Source of the DNA: Azolla caroliniana
Taxonomy: Eukaryota > Plantae > Polypodiophyta
Length of the DNA stretch: 64,000 nt
Assembly (NCBI GenBank): GCA_043228905.1
Contig: JBHGNT010000015.1
Location: forward strand, 5,828,001 to 5,892,000
Direction: 5' to 3'
The notes under the pieces are model-generated. The model was not told the DNA's origin. It saw only the letters and a list, made by a program, of their open reading frames with translations, and made no database searches. Below, in pieces: positions 38,151 through 49,681 of this stretch. The first letter of the stretch is position 1, and every line of letters begins with the position of its first letter. The position numbers were made by a program, and so were the translations under genes.

Positions 38151-40354
38151 TAGAATCCTGTCTCTCTTCTTCGCCTCACATGCACAACACTAGTAAATAA
38201 CAGTAAATCATGCACAACAATAGTAAACAATATTAAATAATATACAATTCAAGGAGATGTCGGATATGAAACATAATGTTAACTCCTGATACACAACATA
38301 TACACATGCATCATACCATTTCTAAATCAGGTAGGAAAACAAGAATAATAAGGATGACAAGAACAATAAAAACATAAAAAAGGACAAGATCAAGATCATT
38401 TAACAAGAACCCTCTTTCAATATATCAACATGTACAAAATTCAAGAACCCTAACTGACAATAAAACATAGAATCAAACATATAGTAGAACATGTACCAAA
38501 TGTCATTAGGGTTGGGGCTGTACAAAATTCAAGCACCTATAGAAAATGACATAAGCATGTTGACCGACTCTCAAATTCAAGCATATGCATGCACAAAACT
38601 CTCAAATGATCAAGGGAGAACAACAACAACAAAACCCTAAACGATAATAACATATAGAATCAAACATACAGATAAACATGTCCCAAACATGGTTATGGTT
38701 GCAGATGTACAAAATTCAAGCACCTATAGAAAATGACATAAGCATGTACAAGTCTCTCAAATTCAAGCATATGCATTTACAAAGCACTCAAATGATCAAG
38801 GGAGAACAACAACAACCAAACCCTAAATGACAAAAACAGATAGAATTAAACATACAATAGAAAATGTACTAGGTAGAGGGAGCCAGTTAGAGAGAACACA
38901 CCAGGTAGAGGGAACGAGGTAGAGGAAACACTTGGAGATAGAGGGAACACGACTAGCAAAGCAAAGACCGATGCAAAGGGGACACGGTGAGGAGACGACA
39001 CTTTAGAGAACACTTGAGAGAGAGAACGCGGCCAACAGAGGAAAGCTTGATGCAACGAGGACACAATACAACACTTGAGAGAGAGAGGACGCGACAAGGA
39101 AACAGTTGAACACCTAATGTTGATGCAGCAAGGACATAGTAGGACACCTGAGTGTACTATTGTTGCAAAGAGGACACGACAAGCAGGGAATGCTTGGAGT
39201 TTGCAGGGTGAGCAGAGAACGTGGAGAAACCTGTGCAAAAGTTGGAAGAGAGGGAGAGGGAGAGGGGGAGGGGGGTAAGAACCTAGTGAATGTTATAATG
39301 AGTAGAAGGGGGGAGGAAAGAGTGATAGAGAGAGGAGGTACGAACCTAGGGAATCACCGAGTGTAGAGAGAGAGAAAGAGAGAGAGACTAACTGACAATT
39401 CAAGATAAACCTTCGAGCCAAGAGGGACAAAGTGGAAGAGAGACTGACTGAGTATCTTCATGATTGATTGACTACACGAGATCTTATATAGTTAAGACCT
39501 CCTTACAACATTACCTAGGATTTTAACACAAGTGATGTTTTTTCATATTTTAAAACAATTTTCATTGAATGTGACTTTTAATTTTAACACAAGTGATCAA
39601 CTTTTTAAACCCAAATATTGGATTGATTTTTACATTTTTTAGTTTTTCCTCCACATGGAATTAGTACTAAAGTTTTGGCCAAAAGTTCGTACACCGTAGT
39701 GTGCTCTAACCCTATTCAATTGACAATCGTTAAACTTTCAGACTTTATGATGCAATTTCCAAAGTTGATTGACATGTTGTGAAAAGCATGATCTTCGGAC
39801 ATAAAATGTAGTTAAATTACAAACTATGAACATGGTCTACACAACAATTGATCTCCAAGTTTAACCATCGTGTGGAGGTGTAAGGAAAAGAAATGGAAGT
39901 GATAGCTATAGTTAGTGATTATGTGTTATGCACTCTAATACTTACTGAATGTTGCCCTATATACACACCCATGAGAGAGTTTACCCAATACACACGTACA
40001 ATATGTGTGCCCTATATGCATTCTAATACACCTATGAGAGAGGACACCCATACACATGTATCATATAATGGATACACTTGGACACTCATTATGGTCACAC
40101 ACCCAAATGTAAGGTGAGTCCGATCTGTAGAACATACTCGAAGCTTAGATTAAAACAATTATAACAAGTACATTGATTAACACATGTAGCTTAGTAAAGC
40201 TTAGTAATGTTATAACGTTGATAGCAACAACACAAATGTAACAATATAAAAATCGGTAGACATATTTAAAGAAACAACATAAACATGGAATCAAACTTAC
40301 TTTAAAGAGAATAAAAACTTTGATTACAAAGTTTTTTATAAAATACAAAATTCC

Positions 40355-40550
40355 TTACATTGCTATAAGTTCATCATTATCTTCGTCTTCCTTTTGAGAA
40401 CTGTCCTCAGAAGTCTATGCATCGGCATCCACTCCAGTTAGACTGGGTACCATGGGGTCCTCCAAAAGCTCATGATCTACTTCTATAAGCTCTCTAGGTC
40501 CACCAGCCAAGGGAGGAATAGGTTGACGAGAGGCAGCTTGAAACCGTTTT
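40355..40550 (-). pseudogene. 3' end of MTase cargo gene copy 3
   Basis: KRFQAASRQPIPPLAG..ELIAM* matches the copy 2 C-terminus; joins 49686 in frame after removing the insert. Confidence 0.88.
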
Positions 40551-40908
40551 AACACGTTCGCGTTCACAAGTGGAAGGATCGCGCATAAATGGAAGGATAA
40601 GGGAAATTTTAGGGGTTTTTCAATGATTTTACAAAACACATTGATACCAGTATCATACAAGTTCAAACATACTATGAAAAAGGTTAAAAATCCACTATTT
40701 TCGTGATTTAGAAGTAACTAAAAAAAGACGAATTTCAAAAACATACATTCTCAATTTATATCACAAACTTTACAACCAATGTTATTTTATAAGAAACGAT
40801 TTTTGGGAAATCATAAGAATTCAAAACACATGATTTTATATTACTCGATTTGTTACAAGCGGAATGTAGTTACACTTAATTGCCAAATATACATTCATGA
40901 TCACTCCT

Positions 40909-43689
40909 TTACGGAGAATCACTACTATAACTAATATACAATGACGATTCCTCCTCATCATCCTCGGATGTACCAATCAGTGCATTATCTTCGTCATAAA
41001 CCAAATGGTTTGACTCTAGATTATATGTAGCAGATCTCGTTTGCCTTTGACTCGAGCCACCTTGTAGACCTGGTAATTTTTCTTTTATTATATCTATTGT
41101 TGACTTCCTTAATCGTCCGGCTTTTGTAAGTGTGAAGTCGTACACGATGATATCCACATTAGAGATATCAAGGGTCGAGGTGTTACGAATGTTTCGCTTC
41201 CTCTTCCTACCTCCCCTTCTTGTTTGGCATTCAATCATCTCCAATGTATACTTACCTGTAAAAGCATTTGCACTTCTAGTGTTGTACCAATGAACATTTA
41301 TAGACTTGATCGTGTTTTCTATTTCATGCATTAGCACTTCTAGAATTTTACCAACCCAAAATTGGTGGCCATGTGAGTTCTCATCAGCCGGCGTTGCAAT
41401 CAACATCCCCGCGGTGAGCTCTTGCAAATTTCCTTACCATCTAGCTTCGGCTGCTTTGGTCATCCTTGGTCCCACATAAATGTCTCTTTGTTGTGGATGG
41501 ACCAAGCTGTCATTAATCGCATTTACTAGTCACTCCGGACTTCTATTTACGCGATCATGTTGCAGCGACCATGTGAATGGCGTTTCCAAATTCCAATTAT
41601 CAACAGATACACAATTGTCTATAATTTCTTTCTGATCACTATAAAATACATCCCACCATGACGTGTCTTGTTGTGCGGCATATTTCTTGGCGGCCTCAAT
41701 ATGTTTTCTTTTTTCTTCTAAGGCTTGGAGCCATGACCGTTTTTGTTCTAATACCAAGTCGCTCTGCAACTGTCCTTTCTTCTCAATTGGCATTTGCTTA
41801 GCTCCATGGACAATTGTACTCGGCATACAAAGTAATAACTGGCAACCACCTTCAGGTTCCCATGTTGTAGAAGATGAATATTGTTTAGCATACAAAAGTG
41901 TAGAACCACTTATTCCATTTTTCTTTATCAAAAAAATGTGATTGAAACTTATATTGTTTAACTGAGCAAGCACTTTAACATTCCCACCACCCCCATCTAA
42001 TATATATCTCTTAAAGTCATATACCTCCTTCAAGTGTAACACTTTTGGGCGTGGTGTATATGCATCACAAATGACATCAAATAGTTTAGGTAAAGTGAAA
42101 GCATCATGCCGAGACAACTGTCTGGAGAATGTGCTAAACATCTGATCTATATGGTCATGTGTGTGGCCAACCAAAAGGAAATTGACTTTCACTTTCCTAA
42201 ACAATTCTAGGTTGACCAACATACTTAGATAGCCAAATACAGTTGAATTTTTGTTCTCTCTAGCAGTATTGTCCAATTGAATGTATAGAACAGGGGGGAA
42301 AGGTTGTCCCCAAGACATCAAAACTCGGTGAATCACTGTAACTGTTAGGTTAGGGTCATTGTGAACATTGGGGTAAGTAATGAAGACGTGAGGTCGAACA
42401 GACCTATTATAAGCCAAGCATCCCACCAAGTGCATTTGAACAAGGCACTCATCATTGACATCTTTGGGGAGCCTCCGCATATGCGGCAAGCATGTCTTCT
42501 TCTGGTCCATGCCATCTATCATTAAGCACATGTATTGTTCAGGCCTCTTCAAACACTTCTCTCTATGATGCATCGCCTTCCTTCCTTCTAAGGATTGTGC
42601 CTCACGATGCTCTTGTAGTAACTTCTTACTCGTATCCTTTTCCATTGATGTCTTTGCACCTTTAGCCAAACTTTTAAGATTTGCACAAATGGAGCAATAA
42701 CCCATACGTACTTTACGAGGAATAATAACATTTGAAAACCGAGCTCTCCATAATCTTGTGAATTGGCTATAGGTGATAGACTTATTACGTGAGCCCAGCA
42801 TTTCAGATCGATAGACATCATAAACTTCCCGACGGGTATAATTATCAGAAAGATGCATCCTACCTGTAGTGGGCATTACTTCACAATTTAACTAAAAGTA
42901 AGTTTTCATCCAGCCAATAGGTAGTCTTCCAATTGCACCTTTCATACTTGGAACCTCTTTACAATTGAGCATCTGATCCCCGCTAAGTAGACGTTGTTGT
43001 ACTCTATGTAGCCGCATGTTACTAACACATAACACAATTTTGAATGCAACTCTACATATCTGTTGCGCATGGAAGATATAATACTCGAATGATACTTTGA
43101 TCCCCGTACATTTGTCAGATACTAGTTGCATATGTGATCCGAGGTAAGTGTCTTGCTCATCACCGGTCATCGAAAAATAGTATCGCCTTAATTCTCGCAA
43201 CTTTGATTTTCCAATCATAGACATACAACCACGGGCACAACATATTTTGTTGACATCAAATCCAATCTGTTTATCTGATGTCACCAAGCTAAATCTAGCC
43301 AGACGAATTCTTCGTGGGATTCTTCTAATATGCATAGGGCTCCCAGATTTCTCTTCCTGCATAGAGGTTGGTGTAACCTTGTTACAGTCTAATTCTCTGT
43401 TCTGACCATCGCCAATGTTATTCAATGTTTCCTGGGCACTTCCTTCATTCTCGGTATCTTTATTAATATCGTATTCTTCAATAGAGAACTCTTCACATGT
43501 GTCATTATTTACATTCCCTGTAGATGAGCTCAGACAATATTCTTCGATAGAATATGGTGAGTCGGTCGAAAGACAATATTCTTCAATCGAATATGGTGAC
43601 TCTGTTGACAAACAATACTCTTCAGTAGAAAACGATGGGTCTGATGACAAACAATATTCTTCAATCGAGAACGGTGAATCTTCACTCAT
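40909..43689 (-). pseudogene. DDD-type (Sola1-like) transposase, ~926 codons in one frame with 3 nonsense codons
   Basis: CSIC..H zinc motif, IDGMDQKK, LYIQLDNTARENKN, FLLVGHTHDHIDQMFS; ORFs 43689-42892, 42876-41530 and 41427-40909 are all in frame. Confidence 0.82.
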
Positions 43690-44360
43690 GGCTTAAGGTC
43701 TAGATAGGGCTCTCTAAGTTATACTCCTCTCTAACCATATACTCCTCCCTAAACATAAACTTCTCTCTAAACAAAAGCCAAATCAATAGAATGTCTATAT
43801 TATGTAATATTCTATTAATACAATACATCTAAAAATTATTTTTAATAAAGTAATTTAACTTAAATTATCAATCATTATATAAACTAGATCTAAATGATGT
43901 TAAATCAAGTAAAATATAAAACTAATCATTAACAAGCCTTGAATATGTTGGATTAATGTTAAAATCATTGGCTAATTAATGACACCCATTTTGATATAGA
44001 ACGTCTCACTCATTGATTCTTTAATGCTCACCATTTTAAGTATTAGACTTATCAATCATTGGTTAATTCATGCCCACATCTTTAATGCATAACTATTGAG
44101 AGTCATAAAAAAATTTTCTTTTAGTAATCAATCATTGGTACATTCATGAACCTCTATCATTGTCTCCTTCATAACCTTTGAAGTGATTGTAGGTTGTTAT
44201 GAGTATAAAAGATTGATCAATATGTTAGTTTGTCTTTGTAATCATTAATACAATCATAAGTTACTATAGTTAATGTGACTATGGTTACAAACTAACTATC
44301 CTCAAAGTTACCAACATTGGTTAAGGTGACTATGGTTACTTTAACCATGGGTTCAATCCC

Positions 44361-44368
44361 TATAAATA
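44361..44368 (+). promoter_or_regulatory. Putative TATA box of the ParB-MTase gene
   Basis: TATAAATA ~140 bp upstream of ATG 44503, followed by 9-bp CAGAGC(G/A)NN repeats in the putative 5' UTR. Confidence 0.5.
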
Positions 44369-44502
44369 GGAAGACCTCATCATATTTCACTCACCAGAGC
44401 GTACAGAGCGTACAGAGCACTCAGAGCACACAGAGCACACAGAGCACTCAGAGCACAAAGCACGAAAGCGCGATCTCCGCCTCCACTTCAACACGATCAA
44501 CC

Positions 44503-47500
44503 ATGTCTTCCAAGAGAGTCGAGCGCGAGGAGTCCAGGTAGGCCTCTGACACTGTGGACATTTTTGTAAATATGTTTCGTGTTTAAAGTATAGGTTTTAA
44601 ACACGAACTCGATACGGCGTATCGAGTTCGTGTTCAAAGTGTAGGTTTTAAACACGAACTCGATACGCCGTATCGAGTTCGTGTATAAAGTGTAGGTTTT
44701 AAACACGAACTCGATACGCCGTATCGAGTTCGTGTTTAAAGTTTGAATTTTAAACCCGAACTCGATACGCCGTATCGAGTTCGTGTTTAAAGTGTAGGTT
44801 TTAAACACGAACTCGATACGGCGTATCGAGTTCGGGTTTAAAATTCAAACTTTAAACACGAACTTGATACGCCGTATCGAGTTCGTGTTTAAAACCTACA
44901 CTTTATACACGAACTCGATACGGCGTATCGAGTTCGTGTTTAAAAGCTACACTGTATACACGAACTCGATACGCCGTATCGAGTTCGTGTTTAAAGTGTA
45001 GTCTTTGAGAGAGAAAAATCGTTTACGGGGTGGAAATGATATCAAATTGTCTGGCAAAATCAGTCTTTTTTATGTTGACTTTACTTACGTTTAAACAAAT
45101 ACATGCTCTAATTATAGGTGTTTTATGACCTACTTTAGCTTAAAATAGTAGAAAATGATCTACAAATTGCCTTCACTATGGCAAATTCTCCTCAATATAG
45201 GTTTAGAATCTATATAAGTCACACCTACTATTTAAAAGAATATATAACCCGTTTTACTTATTACGATATATATTTTCTAGGTTGAATAGCCCTGCCTATA
45301 ATAGATTTTTGAATATGTTACTGCTCCTGGAAACTGTTCCTCATTATAATAACAACTTCAATCTACGTGACTGTCTAACTTATGTTTTTGCATATACTTT
45401 CTTAAATAGGTCGTTTGAGAACCTGTCAGACCGACCTGTGAAGAAAATTAAGCTTCGCATACAAGGTTCTCCAATCGAAGCCCAGACCAAGGTAACTCTG
45501 GAGACCATGAAGAGAGGAAAAAAGCTTCTCTTTAACGAAGAGACAAAATCTCAGCCACATAGTGATGTAAGCCAAAAGAAACTTGTTGCCGCTATTGGAG
45601 GCGAAGACCTTCCTGACCGAGATCTAACGGACAAGGAATGATGTATGCAATATGTCGACTCAAAGAAAAAAGTCGTATTGTATACAGCAAAGAAGAAGGG
45701 TGAGGGGCAGCTAGGAAAAGAAACTCCATTTATGTATGGCCGAATTCTACGATTTGACTACGAAGATGCAGATTCGGCCAACATACTGGTAATGATAGAG
45801 TGCTCCAAGGGGGTACGCAAAGTGTTCCTTTCAGAAGACCTTTTAGTAAAGGAATCTTGTGGGCCTGAAGTGTTCAAAAAAGCACTTGATAACTCACAAA
45901 ACCTGATTGTTACCTTGAGGCCTTATATACAAGGCCATGTAACTCTAAGAGATGAAGAACCCTCCCACTTGAAGGCCACTAAAAAGGTATCCAAAGTCCA
46001 GTCAAGACCAGCCAAGAAGAAGACAACGAAAATGTCGGATACGGATTCGACAAGTGAAAATGAAGAAGAGGATAATAAGGGGACGCCAGGAGCCGAGCTG
46101 GCCTCGGGTGTCTTGTCATCCGAGCAGAATAAAATAAGGAGAGAGTTAATGCAACGGAAGCTGGTCAGGAAAGGGCAAGTATTTAATTTGCCTATAACAC
46201 ACATCCATCGGCCCCCTATTGATGAAAAAACAGGTCGAAGACCACTTGAGATTAGAGAGCCTCATCGTATGCATGTTCAAAATCTCAAGAAAAAAATGAA
46301 AATTAATCCTCATGCCACAGTGGTGCCTTTTATTGTTATGGTGGATCCTGAAGAATGCGAAACCATTGAAGATTTTGATATCAGAAAGCATGATCAATAT
46401 AATTATTTTGTCATTGGTGGATCGCATTCAGCAGAGGCACGTCGGCAACTTGTGAGAGAACATCCAACCACTTTCTTCTTCAAGTATGCCGAGTGCAAAA
46501 TTTATGTTGGGCTCACAACCGAAGAGGCTAAGCTGTTGGCATGGGACCATAATAATGATAATGACTATAGGCAGAAAATGTCGTCTATTGAGCGTATACG
46601 GTTCTTCCACCACGAGTATTTAGATGTGAAACAAAAGTTTGGTGTGAAGTTACATCCAGGCCTTCGACGTCAATGTCTTCATGAAGTCGGCATTGTGGTA
46701 GATGATAATGTTAGGTCCGATGGTCTTCGAAAGTATGAATCTTGGTTTCAATTGGCGTTTAGAGATGGAGAAGTATGGGACCTCCAAGATCAAATCTTCT
46801 CAATGTGGGAGAATAAGGAGGTAAAGGGTCAACGACAAAAGAAATGTAGGGTTGACCCTCAACTAGAATTAAAGTCACAAGCCGCCAAGAAAATTGACTT
46901 GACAATTGAAGAAGCGGCAGACGACATGAAGCTGTCTCTATGGAGAGCGATGCAAGGTATTAAGGACGAGCAGCTTCTTGTGTCGGTTTTGTCAAGGGTT
47001 GTGGCGAAAGATTTAAGCCTTGAAGAAATGGTCACCGAGTTCAATAAGTAAGTCTTTCAAATACTGAAATTGTAGTCTATCTGGTGTAATTCAAAGTTCT
47101 AATCTTGATTTCTAATTTTACAGTCATAAGGTGTACATGAAGATCCAAGAAGTAATGATGAAACAACTTGGATGTATAACTTGGGAACAAGTGACCGAGG
47201 ATTATCCTCTAACGTCTTCGTATAAGGCGTTATCAGAGTATTTTATTGCATTCAAGGATTGGGTTAGTATTGATGTTTTTTCATTACCCTTTCATCATAT
47301 GTAGAGCTTGTATAATAATACCTGATGTCCTATTGTTTCTATTAGAAACCGTGTCGAGGCAAGAAACAAGGAGAAGTTAAGGATATACACGATTTCCCTA
47401 CATCCTTCCTTGCACATCTCGAGCGAGCCAGAAAAGAAAAGGATCGTCGCTTAGTCAAGGCGTACGAAATGGAGGAAGATGGCTCGTTTAAAAAATTTAG

Positions 47501-48634
47501 CCACAAAAAAGATATTACGAGAGATCTTTACTACAATGTGGTTTGCGGTGATGTCATCGACTTGATCCAGAAGGTGCCAAAGAAGGAATATACGCTAATG
47601 ATTGCGGATATTCCTTACGGATTTCGAATGGCTGGGTCATCATACGACGATGAACCGTTTAGGTTTAAACAATTGGAGAAGATGGTCAAGGATTTCGCTG
47701 AGCTAACGACCGCATCCTTGTGGCGAATAGTTGTCTTTCATAGTATGGACGAAGGGTACTCGGTAGCTCTAGCTTTGAGATCTCGTTGCCATGGCATCGA
47801 GAACCTTGCATGGTAAGGATTATTTATAGGTGTCTTTCATTATATTGCAATTCTTAAGGTTGTTGAATCTATTCTTAACTCGATGAATTATTTTTTATAG
47901 GATCAAGACCAATGTAAATAGAGGGCCAACTTTTCGGTTCGTTAATGCCATTGAATACATAACGGTTGGCTACTTCGATGAAATTAAAAAACAGAGAATC
48001 AAAGAGCATTCTAATGAAGTGGGAGGTTCAAATCTGTTGGTATATCCAGCAGTGACTCGGAAATTGCGACATGTCACCACGACAGAACGGGGACTTGTCA
48101 ACCCATACCAAAAACCTCAACGACTTATGATGCGCTTGATCGAGATGTTTTCTGTCGAAGGAGACTGGATATTAGATCTCTTTTCTGGCACAGGTATTCC
48201 TCGAACTAGGGTAACGATCTTGAGATAACCAATCACTTTTTTTCGTTTGACAACTAAATCTTCTTGTTACTTACATCATAGGAACTACGTCAGCATGTGT
48301 ATTGAAGCTGTTTAGAAATACGGTTGCATTGGAGAAGGACGAGGACCAAGTTATATTTATTAATATGCAGATTAAGGCTTTGTGGGAGTGCCCAGACCAG
48401 GATGAGGAGGTCGGTGCAAAGAACCTCGCCAATACAGAAAGGTGTCAACCCACTTCGCGAGAGCCTATTCCTCCGTTAGCCGGCGAACCGGGGGAGCTAA
48501 TAGAGCTTGATGATGAGCTTATAGAAGATATTTCGTTGGCCCGGCTAACAGGGGAAACCAATGCACGTATAGCCGAAGACAGTTCTACACAAGATGATGA
48601 AGAAAATGACGTTGATGAATTGATTGCTATGTAA
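44503..48634 (+). CDS. ParB/Srx-like domain + beta-class N6-adenine/N4-cytosine DNA methyltransferase, ~974 aa, 6 exons (44503-44537, 45410-47047, 47124-47262, 47346-47812, 47901-48193, 48282-48634); one nonsense codon at 45639-45641
   Basis: GT-AG splicing gives 2925 nt in frame; ParB-like YFVIGGSHSAEA; GDVIDLI..ADIPY (motif IV), WIKTN, NPYQKPQRLMMRLIEMFS-EGDWILDLFSGTG|TT (motif I), RNTVALEKD; exon 1 is the least certain. Confidence 0.85.
44575..44995. repeat. Array of eight 37-bp palindromes, 51-bp period, in intron 1
   Basis: AAACACGAACTCGATACG(G/C)CGTATCGAGTTCGTGTTT starting at 44599, 44650, 44701, 44752, 44803, 44854, 44905, 44956. Confidence 0.95.
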
Positions 48635-49681
48635 TAGACTATATAAAGAATATGACACTGACGATTTGTTAAGATTTCACATTATTAATACAAATTTTGG
48701 GTTTTACCTAGTGGATTCTATTCTTTATAATCATCTATATGTTTCAATTTTATTTTTATATACTTCATTAGTAGATTTATGATATTGGTTTCACCGCGTG
48801 CATAGCTGACTACCAAACTTATGGAGAAACATGAACTAGCTTAAATGGAGGCTGATTTTGGTCCAAGCTAACCTTAACAGAACATGGCCCTATAATTATT
48901 GCCATGACTGTCCATGTTGTTATTATGGATCTTTGTCTTATATTGTTAAAACTATTATGTTTCTATTCCATTGCTGCTTAGATTGTGTAGTGTGTTGATA
49001 ATGGTTCCAGTTGCGTTATCGTTCGGAGTTTGATCTTGTGTGAATCACCTAAGCAATAGAGTAGATCAATTTTAAATACAGGTATGAAAGCCTAATAGGT
49101 TTGTTATTTCCACGACATTATCCTAAAGTTCACTGCCTTACATTGTGCACAATTATATACACATATGGTTTGATCCCATATGAACAAACTGAGGAATAGA
49201 TTAGATCAACTTTTAATATAAGTATTGAATACTTTAATAAGTTAGTTATTCCAATCACTTATCCTAATGTGCACTATCCTACATTTTCGACAATTACATA
49301 CATGCACGTATGGGTCAAAGTATAAATTATATCTCATTTTATTAGTATGGATACAAGTACACCTCATATTTTTGTAAAACCTACCTAATTAATATAAGTC
49401 TTTAAGTTAGTGTTTCCCTTGTCGCACAATAGTGCCATATTGAGCCATAGTTGAACTTTATTTAGATACATTAACTTATCAACATGTCTAAACTTGCATG
49501 ATTTCTACTGATCTCCACTCGTAGATCTATCATGTATTTTTATATTTGCAAATTCTTATCAAGTTGAGGAACATGTGATACTAGTGTATCCAATTATTGT
49601 AGAGAGGGTGTATTTTCTTCGTTTTAAGAAGATTCTACAAGTGGAATGCGCAATCCTTCCACTTGTGAACGCGAACGTGTT

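Larger units (their letters stand above)
28716..39712 (+). mobile_element. ~11-kb Sola2-like DNA transposon
   Basis: Imperfect 24-bp TIRs GGGTCGAAGCATGCTACGGTGTAC / GGGTTAGAGCACACTACGGTGTAC (19/24); flanks TCTT/TATT; internal transposase. Confidence 0.7.
40551..49681. mobile_element. 9.1-kb Sola1-like TIR DNA transposon carrying a transposase and a ParB-DNA methyltransferase gene
   Basis: 36-bp TIRs AACACGTTCGCGTTCACAAGTGGAAGGAT(C/T)GCGCAT (40551-40586, 49646-49681); TTTT TSD; empty site restores ADTKRFQ. Confidence 0.92.

Noticed and set aside
38441-38830. ~185-bp local duplications (also near 34.0-34.45 kb and 36.2-36.7 kb)
   Set aside because: Ordinary diverged intronic tandem duplications with no extra structure
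44317-44808. ORFs with QST and NTNSIRRIEF repeats
   Set aside because: By-products of the 9-bp and 51-bp DNA repeats
44575-44995. CRISPR array
   Set aside because: Spacers are only 14 bp and are reused or inverted, there are no cas genes, and the array lies in a eukaryotic intron
45282-45409. Alternative N-terminus of the MTase gene from the ORF track
   Set aside because: The acceptor before 45410 is conserved in copies 1 and 3, while the upstream part is not
44503-48634. Bacterial contamination or prophage as the source of the ParB-MTase
   Set aside because: The gene has GT-AG introns conserved across copies and is nested among plant LTR retrotransposons
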